Assembly: GCA_024679065.1 (NCBI GenBank)
Contig: JAGIQG010000009.1
Location: forward strand, 58,218,001-58,282,000
Origin: Sphyrna mokarran
Lineage: Eukaryota
Length of the DNA stretch: 64,000 bases
Reading direction: 5' to 3'
In this document: one piece after another, positions 52,181 through 63,785 of the stretch
Numbering within the stretch: position 1 is the first letter of the stretch
Layout: every line of letters begins with the position of its first letter
Notes under the pieces: model-generated
What the model saw: only the letters and a program-made list of their open reading frames with translations
Told to the model about the DNA's origin: nothing
The model's database searches: none
Made by a program: the position numbers and the translations under genes

Positions 52181-53814
52181 AATTCTTTGCTTGTCCAATG
52201 CTTTTGCAGAAAACCTATTTTTTCTACAATCCAAAACATGACCTTGTATATGAAGTTATGTAGGATGATGAGTTGCAGGGCAAACAATGAACCATATGAC
52301 AAAAAAAATACATATTTAAAATAATAGGTGATTCCTATAACCTTGTTACATTGCTGACTGACAAACAAATCACACTAGGACAGACTATATATCAGGGTAA
52401 AAATTAATTGAAGAGGAACAAACCAGGCAAGTTGTGTCATAATACCTCACATTGCTCTTTTTAGAACAATTAGACCACAAAATGAAGCTCCATAGCAGCA
52501 GTACGAGTACCATTTTGATTTTTAAAGTGATGTCTGCAATATTCACTTCCAATGCCACTCACTAACTTGGTGAGGATGTTAACATGAGCGTTGGAAGCAT
52601 GCGACGGAGTTATGCACCATGTGAGGAATGTTCTTTATACTGCTGAAGATTAGCTGGAATGGCGAGGTTGAACTTTGCAGCACTGGCGTCAACTCCACAC
52701 TCCACTACTGATATTTAAAGGAATCTTCAACAATTCTGGATTAGTTGTTGATTATTTTCTACTAGCTCTGTTCAAGTTCATAGAAATATTGGGTGTTTTG
52801 AGAAGTTAGTGAAGTCAATAAGGAGTGGTGTAGCACATGGAGAAGGTCTTGACCATGACTGCAAATTGAAATGTAGGAACAGTGGGCTGGATTTAACAGT
52901 TGTTTGCAATGGGCTTGTCCACCACTTGAGAGCTGTGGCAATACTACCATGGTTAAAGGCCAATCATGCCTCTACCTGGTCAGTGTCAGGTTCTAGGTCC
53001 CGTGGAGTGGATATCCTGCCTCTGAGAGCTGCCAGCCAGAGTTTGGCAGCTGTTCCGTACCAGCAGCACCACCAGGGAAAGTGGCTACTGCAGGAAGGGA
53101 AGCAGCCGTGGAGCCTGAAACACAGGTAAGTAGTTGTAGGTTCACTGGGCCCAATCAGGCAGACCATGACAAGAGGTGGAGTTGAGAGGAAGGTTTAAAA
53201 GATGATGTTTTATTCCCACCAGAGCTGCCCCTGTCATAATGAGGTTGGAACTCCTCTCTCTTCCAAATCTCTCTTGTCTCTCAGTCATGCAGTCCAACAT
53301 CATTGTTACATCAGCATCATTTATGCTTCTGGTGTTAACCCTTTATTCTACAGAGAGATCTTATCCCTCTATGGCCACTGGCAGGCCTGCCAGAGTTTTA
53401 AGTGATGCAACCTTTCATGAACTTGGGTCCCCTATTACGATATGCAACCACTTAATAGTGCATTCTGCACAGGGTTACAGGCCAATATCATTTAAATTAG
53501 CAGGCAGCAGAAAGTTTGTGCCCTACGTGCAATACTTAGAACAGGAATGGGTTACTTGCACAGCTCTGCGTCCTGATTTTTAGGCCATAAAGTCTGTGTC
53601 TTTTTTAGGTTTCTAAGTAATTTGCAAGCTTATTGAAATATTTGAATATGAAGTAACGAATTGGAAAAGTCTCCACTATTTATCTCTCTGCTAGGCAAGG
53701 TTCTGAACATTACACTGTTTATTAGCACCAACCTCTTGGCTGAAAAAAGCCACTGTAACAGATTCTCACCGCCTCATATAACAGTGCCTAACAATTAATC
53801 ATTTTCTATTTCCA

Positions 53815-53982
53815 TTGAATCCCTACAATGCAGGAGAAAACCATTAGGTCCATCAAATCTGTACTAACTCCTGCATATCCCCATAAACATGGCTAAATCA
53901 TTTAACCTGCATATATTTGTACAATAAGGGGCAATTTAGCATGGCCAACACACCTCAGCTGTACATCCTTAGACTGTGGGAG
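53815..53982 (-). mobile_element. HE1-type SINE 3' fragment
   Basis: gaatccctacaatgcag tail and gggcaatttagcatggcca..tagactgtggga. Confidence 0.7.
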
Positions 53983-55019
53983 TCTGGTAATCAAGTTTAT
54001 TTTAAATCTATTATAACCAAGACACCATGAAAAGCAATTTGTTCGTCCTCTAACTTTTAACAGACTAAATGTCAGACTAAGCAGGCACTTGCAGCACACC
54101 CCATTGTGGTATAATAGATGCAAAGCTGTCACTTCCTATGTCTTTACTGTGGCCATATAATGTTTCTTCCAATATAATGAAGACACCAGGGAAAAGAAAT
54201 TCATATTATTCTATTTACATAGCTATATGATATAGGTTTTGGTCTAGATTCCTGTTGGGTTGGCTGTTCTTAGGCATACAGTAACCTAGTGAAAATGGAT
54301 ATATTACAAAACATGTTTCTGTAAAATATTAAAATATGGAGCGGAATGTTTTCATTTTGTCTTATTGTAACCTCAGTAGGAAAAGCAGAGTGTAGCCTGC
54401 CAGCTCTTCTGACAGGCTGAGGCACCTTTTTTAAAGGATACCCGGTGTAAAGATAAAAATAGAAAAGGGGAATCTCCACTCAGTACAGACCCCTCCCCCA
54501 CTAGCATGGAATTCCCAAGTTACATTGGCAGGATTTACAACAGAACCTGCCATGAGTGCACTGCTAAGGCCAATCCTGGAAGGAGTCTGGGCAGTACCCT
54601 GGCACTAGCCTTTCATTTCCCTGAGATGAGGGAGAAGACAGTCAAGTGGAGAACTCCTGCTAGCGTATAGCTATTTAGGGATTCCCCCATGATTTCCACT
54701 TCTGCCATTGACTCCTATTGAAATTGGGGGCATAAAATCTGGCCATAAGAATCTTTTGTGACAAACTTCTGACTCCATAATGCTGATCTTGGGAAAGAGT
54801 GAGATAATTAGGAGGTAATGTATCAAGGCTTTATTGCAATACTGAAGATGCAGTAAAAAAGCAGGACAATGTAGGGGAACTTAATACAATCAGGAACATT
54901 TAGACCAGCTCTAAGGAAAAACCCAAGTGAGGTTTTAGATTGCATTTGCAAAGAGAGAGAGTAAAAATAAAAGTTTATTTATTAGTCACAATTAAGTAAC
55001 ACTGCAATGAAAGTGACTG

Positions 55020-56040
55020 GAAGAGACAAAGGAGCAGGTATTGCCCCTACTGTGACTGTATGGGAAGGTGCCATGAGTGATGGGAGAGGTGTTGGATATA
55101 ATGGAGGAATGGACTAGATTATCCTGAAGGGAACAATTTCTGCAGAATGCTGACACAGGGAGTGAAGGGAAGTTGTGTTTAGTGGTAGCATCTTTCAGTT
55201 TTGGTCTATTGCATTTGCTGCTCCCAGTGTGGTCTTCTCTATATAAGAGAGACCAAATGTAGACTCAGCAGTCATTTTGCTGAGCACTTTGGTCTGTGCA
55301 CAACCAGGACTCTAACCTTCCCATTGCTTGCCATTTCAACACACAATCCTGTTCCCATGCCGACATGTCTGTCTTTGGCTGCTGCAATATTCTACTGAAG
55401 CTCAACACAAACTTGGAAGAACAGCATTTCATCTTCCGTCTAGGCATGTTACAACCTTCCGGTCTCAACATTAAATTTAACAACTTCAGATGATTAGCTC
55501 TACCCACTTCAATCCCTTTTGTTTTGATTTTATTTTATTTTTTACTGTTCTCTACTTTTTATTTATTATTTTTCTTCCCCCCACTTACTTCCCCTATTTT
55601 ATCCCCCTTTTATCTTTTCTCCCCTTTTGCTTCCCTTTTCCCCCCTTTATGCAATTTTACTTCTCTCCACTACCCCACCTTCACCCACCTCCCCCCTTTC
55701 CTCACCCACCACATCTTCATCTATCACAGTTTACCCTCAGATTTCATCCTGTCTGTCATTTGGCCATTCACAGCTTCTATTCCCTCCATGGTCTGCCATT
55801 AGCACCTCTTAGCCTTTTCCTTGTTTTTGTGGCTATAACTCATCTTTCGTTCCCTCACCCTGCAATATAAATATTTCACACTTTCTATGCCTTTTAACTT
55901 TAACAAATGGTCATCTGGACTCAAAGCATCAGCTCTTTTTTATCCTTACATGTGATGCCAGACTGGCCGAGATTTTCCAGCATTTTCTCTTTTGGTTTCA
56001 GATTCCAGCATCTGCTTCTGCACCTGCGTGCTACTTTTAT
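55020..56040 (+). mobile_element. Penelope-like element 3' part: GIY-YIG endonuclease remnant and pseudo-LTR, with inverted 5' segment
   Basis: VYCICCSQCGLLYIRETKCRL..F.EH and LPIACHFN..HADM..EEQHFIFRLGMLQPSGLN; pLTR ..gattttccagcattttctcttttggtttcagattccagcatctgc. 55020-55192 encodes the upstream linker on the minus strand. Confidence 0.85.
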
Positions 56041-56137
56041 TTTAGCAAGTGAACAATGTTTATTCATGAATTAGTCGGCTGCGGTTACACTCTAGTTCAC
56101 CGTACTTTGAATCTGTAAGGCATTCTGCAAACCTTAC

Positions 56138-56306
56138 CCTTGTCTTGAGTTCTCCACTGTAGGCAGTTGTGCAAGATGACCATGTGGACTGTGCAAGTCC
56201 CCTTCAATGGAAGGGCAATCAGAGGATGAACTTCGGGTAAGATGCGGAGATGATAAAACAGTTGCTGCTGGCCCACTATGGCTCGTAGAAGAGCAACTGT
56301 ACATCC
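56138..56306 (-). CDS. GLIS1: GLIS-family (probably GLIS1) internal coding exon
   Basis: Acceptor cttttcttgttcttcag|GG, donor CAAGG|gtaagg; 169 nt, phase 1->2, in frame with the previous exon. Translates (G)MYSCSSTSHSGPAATVLSSPHLTRSSSSDCPSIEGDLHSPHGHLAQLPTVENSRQ(G), similar to GLIS1 GVYPGS..H.G...HHLSPLP.AESTRDG. Confidence 0.85.
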
Positions 56307-56393
56307 CTGAAGAACAAGAAAAGCATCAGCTCATTGAATCAAAATAAGAAGTACTTCTGCTTTTTTTTCCACAAACTGAGGCGATTAACTTAA

Positions 56394-56968
56394 TTGATTT
56401 GATTTATTATTGTCACATGTATTAACATAGTGAAAAGTATTGTTTCTTGCACACTATATAGACTATACAAACCGTTCATAAAGAAGGAAATGCAAGAGTG
56501 CAGAATGTTTTATTACAGTCATAGCTACAGTGTAAAGAAAGATCAACTTAATGCAAGGCAAGTCCATTCAAAAGTCTGACAGCAGCAGGGAAGAAGCTGT
56601 TCTTGATTCAGTTGGTACGTGACCTCAGACTTTTGTATTTTTTTTCCTGAAGAAAGAAGCTGGAAGAGAGAATGTCCAAGGTGCGCAGGGTTCTTAATTA
56701 TGCTGGCTGTTTGCCAAAGCAACCAGAAGTGAAGACAGAGTCAATGGATGGGAAGCTAGTTTGTGTGATGAATTGGACTACATTCACAACCTTTCATAGT
56801 TTCTTGTAGTCTTGGGCAGAGCAGGAGCCATACCAAGCTGTGATACAACCAGAAAGAATGCTTTCTATGATGCACTTGTAAAAGTTGGTGAGTGTCATAA
56901 CTGATGTACCAAATTTCCTTAGTCTTTTGAGAAAATAGAAGTGTTGATGGGTTTTCTTAACTATAGTT
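56394..56968 (-). mobile_element. Rex1/Babar-type LINE 3' fragment
   Basis: ttgatttgatttattattgtcaca tail and gggaagaagctgttctt..ccataccaagctgtgatacaacc, typical of Rex1-like RT ends. Confidence 0.65.
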
Positions 56969-57139
56969 TCTTAACTATAATTGCCCATTATGGAAGATAG
57001 ATGTAATCCATTTTGTCAGTTTCCAGCCTTTTTTAAGAGGATTTTATTATCCTTTAAATGTAAAAAGGCACAATTTCATGTTATGTCAAAAGAAAGCCTA
57101 CAGTGAGAATACCTGTAATTTTGATTTGTTGTGAAAAAC

Positions 57140-57410
57140 ACAACCGCTCAGTTGATAATACTCCCATCTCTGAGTCAAAAGGGTTTACTAGACTCAGGAC
57201 CCCCTCTCAGGCTGACCACAAAAATCAAGGTTGATACTCCCATACATGGGTACTGTCAGAGATTTCATCTTTCATAAAGACATTAAATTGAGGTCTTATC
57301 TGCTGGGGTCTTGTGACACTATTTTCAAGGAAGAACAAGGAATTTATTCTTGGTATTTTGGTCAACATTTATTCCTCAATATCACAAAATAGATTGGTCA
57401 CTATCTTGCA
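57140..57410 (+). mobile_element. Deu-domain SINE (SacSINE1-like) relic
   Basis: Head gctcagttgataatactc..ctctgagtca, then gacattaaattgaggtc..cactatttt..gaagaacaagg..ttggtcaacatttattcctcaa. Confidence 0.65.
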
Positions 57411-59545
57411 TAAAACAAATAAAAATGGAATTGATAAAATACTGACAAATAAGCCATTAGCATCTTTCAAAAAGAAAACAATTAGCTTTTACTTGATCTG
57501 AGAATATTGCAGTTCCTTCTTAGCAGTAGAATAAAACATTACTCATTACATGAGCCCTTCGAAACTAAATGTCTGTTCTGTCAGCAACCTGACAGGGGAT
57601 TTGCTTGGAGATTTGAACATATTGCACATACTTAACATTTAATTTTGCACTTCTTTCATGACTATATACAGCCACCCCAGGAAGAAGGCTTTGCATAGTG
57701 ATGTAGCATCATTTTGGTGATTTTAATGAGGATCACAATTTAAGAGTAACCTGGAAGCCAATCTAGAGCCTGACCCAGAAAAATATATAGCAGCTGCAAA
57801 ATATATTATATACACAGGTACTATCTTGTGTTCCTGGAGTCACCAGTTCCAATTGCCTCAGGCTTCACTGAAATCTGTTGCAAAGAGTTGGTTTAGTTGA
57901 CATCACCATTATGGACTACTAGCAGAGATTAAGATAGTTGGTATTTTTTTTTATAATCAATTATTTATTTTTCAATAGGCAATTGAAAGTACTTTGAACA
58001 AAAATTTTCTCCCTAGACTTTCCTTCATCTTTAGTCTTACATGCAGTTAGCTACTTTACTATCGCAAATACCAGGATCAATTTCTGTTTACTCATCCAAA
58101 GGAATAATATGTATTATTAAGCATTGAAGTGCTTGTTAATTTTTTTGACTGTTACACAATCTTAAAAACATTCCTATATCCGTAAGTATTTAACATCATT
58201 GTAGTACACTTGGATCATCAATCAAGATTATAATTGGTTCACTATTTGGCTCCATTTGCGAAAAAACTGGCTAACATTATGCCTGCGATTATCACCATGG
58301 TACCCGCCAAATTTGAAAAGCAAGTAAAGTGGGGTCCAGAAAGTGCACAAGAGACATACTGGCACCAAAAGTGAAGCTACATTAGTTGAAGAGAGGGGGG
58401 AGATCTGGGTAAACCCTTGTAGTAAACAATCTGGAATTTTTGAGGTTTACTTTGTGCACTGTATTGTAATCTACAAGATGTAAACACAGCAAAGTCATAT
58501 GTTAATCTTCATCACAAACACACTTTGTCTCTTGCTTTTTCTTCCATCACACAATATTGAGACCTGTTAGGACCTGTTCTGATGTTTCTCTCAGAATGAC
58601 AATGCACAGAAAAGTGTCAGATTCAAACTGAAAATCAGCGTGATTCTCCCCAGAAACACAGTAGGAGTTCACTCCAGATCTTCTGATATTTAGCAAAAAA
58701 AAGCAAGGGGCCTATTTTGTGCCATCATTCTGGTGAGGCAGGGCCTGATAGAGTTGGCAAGGCTGGCATTCGAGATCAAAGCACCATTTTAAAATGATTC
58801 CCCAATCTCAAAGTAAAGTTAACCCCTCTTCCTGCAGACTTTGTAGTCCCCAGCAGAGAAAGGGGATATCTCCAATCAATCTTTGAACATTGCGGGACCA
58901 ACGACACTCCCGTCACTCAACATTCAGGTTAAGACCACACCACACAGTTGTCATCAGGATGACACCTGCCCCACCACCATCATTTATTGGCATTGGACCA
59001 TTACACCCTATTCTCAGTGTCAGCTCCCCCAATGCCACCATGTAGGCACAACCCCTCCCCTCCACCATTCACCTCCCTCCACAAAATGGGAACCACTCCG
59101 CCCCATGAGATTTTGTGTCAAGGAGCAATGCCCAGCCTTGTATCTCAACATCTAATAATGATATTTTAATGTGGCAACAGTGTAAAGCCATTTAAATGAC
59201 TTTAAAATTCATTTTAATATGTGACAATCAGATTCATACCTTTTACAGCCCTTTTATGAGATTTAGTAGCCATAAAGGAATTTGCGCACATGATGAACTG
59301 GCCCAGAGATTCACAGCCAGTATTTAGTTTCTTTACTTGTTCTGCTAGCTGCAGAAATCCTACAAACCTCCAAGTTATATTGAACCAATATCAGCTCCCT
59401 GACAGCTCAGTTGGTAAAGTGCATTGACAAGTCTTTCACAGGAGCTCAAACTCCCTATCCCTGCCTGTTTCCCACTTCCAAATTTTCTAGTCTTTAAAAG
59501 CTGAAGCCCGGCTTCATCTAATGACAAGTTCCTGATTTATCTCAG

Positions 59546-60843
59546 GGGTGATTCTCCCAGTAGCACAGTGGGCTGGGAGACATCAGCAGAGACCATGTAG
59601 TGGACTTCCCACTGGGCGTCATAACCTCTGCATGTCTCTGACCATTGGATTTCTGGCCTCGTCAACTCCATGACAGAAATTGGCATAGAGATGAATAAAT
59701 TATTAAAACAATTATTAGCACATCATTAGTAGGCCCGGGACTAAAGTCTCCAGACCATCTAGTATCTTTCTCACCCTCCCCGCCCACCAGAAGTTTTTCA
59801 CTCCAGCGCTGTTTACAACAGCTCCACCCTAGTTGTAGTGTAGGGGGGGCTGTGGAAGTTTCTTAGGAGGTCGGGGTAAGGGGAGTATCCCCAGGGCATC
59901 TCCAAGCTGGCAGTGCTGCCCTGTCCCTTGGCACTGCCCAAGAGACAAAGTGGTGCTGCTCACTGGGAATTGGGAAGTGCCAAGGGGACGAGGTATACAG
60001 GAGTAGAGCCTCCAAGGGGGGAGATTGGTGGAGGTGAGGGATCCAGCTGCCTTTCTGCACTGGATCAGTGACAGAGATAGTCAGCAGTTGGGCCTGGCCA
60101 TCAGTGTGGGGATAATGGGGGCAGGGAATATTGAGGTAGGGTGGGGGTGGGGGTGGGAATGGGGGGAGGTGCCAAGGCTGGCCTAGACATGTCTGAGAGG
60201 CCAGCAATCGAGGGTGGGGGTGTCGGAGGGGCCACAATGTGAGGTTGCAGAGCAGGCCAGTGATGGAGCTGACCAGCGATCGGAGGCCAATAGAATGGGA
60301 CAATTGCATATGTGCCAATCTCGGCGCTGACAGATTTGCACATGCACAGAGGCCCACTCAGCACCGTGGGAGTACTGGAGAGGCCCACTGGTGATTCATG
60401 CAAGGACACTCTGCTAGAAGATAGCAGAACTAGAGGGCACAGTCTCAAAAGAAAGGTGGGGGGCAGTTTAAATCGGAGTTGAGGAGGAACTTCTTCACTC
60501 AAAGGGTGCTGAGTCTCTGGAATTCTCTGCCCATTGAAGTGGTAGAGGCTACCTCCCTGAATATATTTAAGTCAGGAGTAGATAGGTTTCTGATAGACAA
60601 GGGAATTAAGGGTTATGGAGAGAAAGCGGGAAAGTGGAACTGATCCACTTCAGATCAGCTGTGATCTTGTTGAATGGTGGGGCAGGCTTGAAGGGCTAGA
60701 TGGCCTATTCCCGCTCCTATTTCTTATGTTCTTATGTTTGTGGAAGATTCATTTTGAAAATGCCGCTGAAAAAAAACTGTAGGATATACTCCAGTTTCTA
60801 TGATAATTCAGCAGTTAGAATTTTTTTGGGAGAATCCCACCCC
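59546..60843. mobile_element. Harbinger-derived MITE with intact TIRs, interrupted by a CR1 3' fragment; a partial related MITE lies at about 58640-59200
   Basis: TIRs ggggtgattctccca (59546) and tgggagaatcccacccc (ends 60843). Confidence 0.75.
60412..60737 (+). mobile_element. CR1 3' fragment
   Basis: SRTRGHSLK..RRNFFTQRV; tail ttcttatgttcttatg. Confidence 0.85.
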
Positions 60844-61162
60844 TTATCTTTTCAATCTTGCTGATATCCTTTACCTGCAATCAACAACAGGTTGCATTCT
60901 TCATACACAGGACATCGCAAAGGGAAGGAACTAGAAATCAGAGAAAAGGGCAAATGCCAAAATTCAGATACAGAGGAAAGGAAAGAATTTTGAGGTCATT
61001 CATGGAAGTAGGCTGATAGGTGAGAAGATGAGAAATTAGATAGTTCCAGAAAGCAAGAATATAGAATTGTAAGGCTATACCTTATACAAGTTTCTCAATT
61101 TAGACAAAACATTGTGGTGAACGAGGTTTAGAAAGTTTTATTTTAAAATAGTTGAAACATAC

Positions 61163-61304
61163 CTTGATAAATCTCATGATTGACTGCCAAAGTTCTTCCA
61201 ATGGTGTTGCTTGTTACATTGCAAGGTGAAGTCACTGGCTGAAGAGATTGAATAGTCAGGCAATCGTTCATCATACCTGGTTCAAGTTCAGGGCCTAAAC
61301 GCAA
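61163..61304 (-). CDS. GLIS1: GLIS-family (probably GLIS1) coding exon immediately after the zinc-finger region
   Basis: Acceptor ttcttccctttaatttgaag|TTG, donor ATCAAG|gtatgt; 142 nt, phase 0->1. Translates LRLGPELEPGMMNDCLTIQSLQPVTSPCNVTSNTIGRTLAVNHEIYQ(G), resembling the recalled post-ZF segments of GLIS3 (LRSSTELHPDLLTDCLTVQSLQPATSP) and GLIS1 (LHAGPD..VLTECL). Paralog assignment is less certain than family. Confidence 0.85.
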
Positions 61305-61399
61305 CTTCAAATTAAAGGGAAGAAAAAAATAAAAAAGACTCCCATCAACTAAAGTCAGATGTCACCATAGCACATTATCATAAAGTCTAAATATTTACT

Positions 61400-61737
61400 T
61401 GGAGAGGTGATGGCCTGGTGATATAATCGCTAGACTAATAATCCAGAAACTCAGCTAATTTGTTCTGAGGATCCAGGTTCGAATCCCACTACAGCAGATA
61501 GTGGAATCTGAATTCAGTAAAAAATCTGGAAATAAAAATCTACTGATGACAATGAAACCATTGGCAATTGTCAGAAAAACCATCTGACTCATTAATGTCC
61601 TTTAGGGAAGGAACTCTGCCATCTTTACCTGGTCTAGCCTACACGTGACTATGATTGATTCTCAACTGCCCTCGGGCAATTAGGGATGGGTAATAACATG
61701 ATGGCCAGCAACATGAATGTCCCATGAATGAATAAAA
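61400..61737 (+). mobile_element. tRNA-derived SINE sharing its 3' tail with the second LINE family
   Basis: B-box ggttcgaatccc; tail gggcaattagggatggg..cccatgaatgaataaaa matches the LINE ends at 63715-63785 and, reversed, 61825-61890. Confidence 0.75.
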
Positions 61738-61824
61738 CAAAAGGAATTGTTAGCAAACAATGCATTGACTGTCAGAACATAACAATTCAGTTAGAATTAG
61801 TCACTCAGGGCTTTTGAAGTTTTG

Positions 61825-63785
61825 TTTTATTTACTCGTGGGACATGAGTGATACTGGCTGGCCAGTATTTATTGCCTATCCCTAGCTGCCCTTTGAAAGT
61901 GATGGTGAACTGTCCTCTTGAAACAAGTGCTGTGGGTTGACCCACAGTGCCATTAGGGAGGGATGGTGAGTGGCTTGGAGAGGAACTTGCAGATGGTAAC
62001 GTTCCAATGTATCTGCAGCCCTTGTTCTTCTAGATTGAAGTGGTTCTGGGTTTGGAAGGTGTTGTCTAAGGATCTTTGGTGGATTGCTGCAGTGCATCTT
62101 GTAGATAGTACATACTGCTGCTACTGAGCATTGGTAGTAGAGGGAATGGATGTTTATGGATGTGGTGCCAATCAAATGAGCTGCTTTGTCCTAGATGTTG
62201 TCAAGCTTTTTGAATGTTGTTGGAGCTGCACCCACCCAGGCAAGTGGGAAGTATTCCATCACATTCCTGACTTAGGCCTTATAGATGGTGGACAAGGTTT
62301 GGGGAGTCAGGAGATGAGTCACTCACTGTAGTATTCCTAGTTCTGACCTGTTCCTATTATGTGGTGAGTTTCTTTTCAATGGTAACACTAAGGGATGTTG
62401 ACAGTTGGGGATTCAGTAATGAAAACATCATTGATATCAAGGGGCAGTGGTTAGAGTGTCTCTTATTGGTGATTTAGTGGGTCCACTGCATCACCAAAGT
62501 GGTGGAAGGGGTCATCAAAAGTGTAGTTAAGCAACACTTGCTTAGCAATGATCTGTTCAGCTTGGGCTCTACCAGGATCAGTCAGCTCCTGACCTCACTA
62601 CAGTTTTGGTTCAAACATTAACAAAAGAGCTGAACTCCAGAAAGGAGGTGTGTGAATGCCCTTGATATTCAGGCATAACTTGACTGAGTCAAACTGATGG
62701 AACCCTAGCAAAACTGGAGTCAATGGGAATCAGAGAAAACTCTTTCCTAGTTGGACTCATACCGAGCACAAAGGAAGACAGTTTGCCGGATGTCAGTTAT
62801 TACAGCCCCAGGAAATTACTCGGGGAATGTCCTAGGCCCAACCATCTTCAGCTACTTCATAAATGACCTTCCTTCCATCATAAGGTCAGATGTGGGGATG
62901 TTCAGTGATAATTGCACAATGTTTAGACCCATTTGCAATTCCTTAGATACTAAAGCAGTCCATTTCCAAATGTTACAAGTCCTGGACAATATCCAGATTT
63001 GGGCTGACAAGTGGCAAGTAACATTTACGACATACAAGGGCCAAACAATGTCCATCTCCAAAAGGCAAGAATCTAACCACTACTCCATAATGTTCAATGA
63101 CATTACCATCATTTAATCACCCACCCTAAACATCCCTGCGGTTATCATTGACCAGAAACTCTATTGGACTAGCCATATAAATAATATGGCTACAACAGCA
63201 GGTCAGATGCTTGAAATTCTGTGGCAAGTAACTCCCCTCCTAACTCCTCAAAGTCTATCCACAATCTAACAAGGCACAATCCAGAAGTTTGATGGAACTC
63301 TCTCCCCATGCCTAGATGAATGCAGCTCCAACAACAGTCAAGAAGCTCCTCACAGTCCAAAATAAAGCAGCTTGCTTAATTGGGGCATCCCATCCACAAA
63401 TATTCACTTTACCAATACACAATGGCAGCAAATGTGTACCATCTATAAACTGCACTGCAGAATTTCAAAAAGGCTTCTTAGACAGCATCTTCCAAACCCA
63501 TGACCACTACCATCTAGAAGGACAAGGACAGCAATACAAGGAAATATCACTGTCCTGAAGTGCCCTTCCAAGCCATTCACTATCCTGACTTGGAAATATA
63601 ACACTGTTCCTTCACTGGTGCTGGGTCACTGTGTGCTCCCTCACAGCACTCTGAATATACCTACACTATATGGACTGCAGCCGTTCAAGAAGGCAGCTCA
63701 CTATCACCATCTCATGGGCAATTAGGGCTGAACAGTGAACACTGGCCTGTTTAGCAAAGCCCTCATCCCTCAGCTGAATAAGAAA
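61825..63785. mobile_element. Two copies of a second CR1/L2-group LINE family, head to head (- about 61825-62470, + about 62480-63785)
   Basis: The + copy has VLGPTIFSYFINDLPSIIRSDVGMFSDNCTMF and WADKWQVTF. Both outer ends carry the same 3' terminus. Confidence 0.8.

Noticed and set aside
52990-53131. Exon-like segment with a minus-strand acceptor (tgtttcag) and a plus-strand donor (cag|gtaagt)
   Set aside because: It resembles the MITE-like interior at 42460-42545. The protein-like frame is phase 1 and incompatible with the phase-2 donor at 56138, and it has no GLIS similarity.
54270-54479. Short ORF GYPLKKVPQPVRRAGRLHSAF after a pyrimidine tract
   Set aside because: No AG directly after the tract, a weak donor, and the neighbouring GLIS exons already join in frame without it.
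58228-58470. Possible alternative terminal GLIS exon after the minus-strand acceptor tttacatcttgtag
   Set aside because: On recounting the G6 run at about 58395-58400, all frames stop within about 30 codons, and there is no GLIS similarity.
59395-59470. tRNA-like start gacagctcagttggtaaagtgc
   Set aside because: A-box only; no B-box or cloverleaf can be completed, so probably a decayed SINE head.
50229-60737. Inverted CR1 3' ends flanking the 56 kb exon as a circRNA driver
   Set aside because: The copies belong to different subfamilies with visibly low identity and only about 300 bp of overlap; too weak without RNA data.
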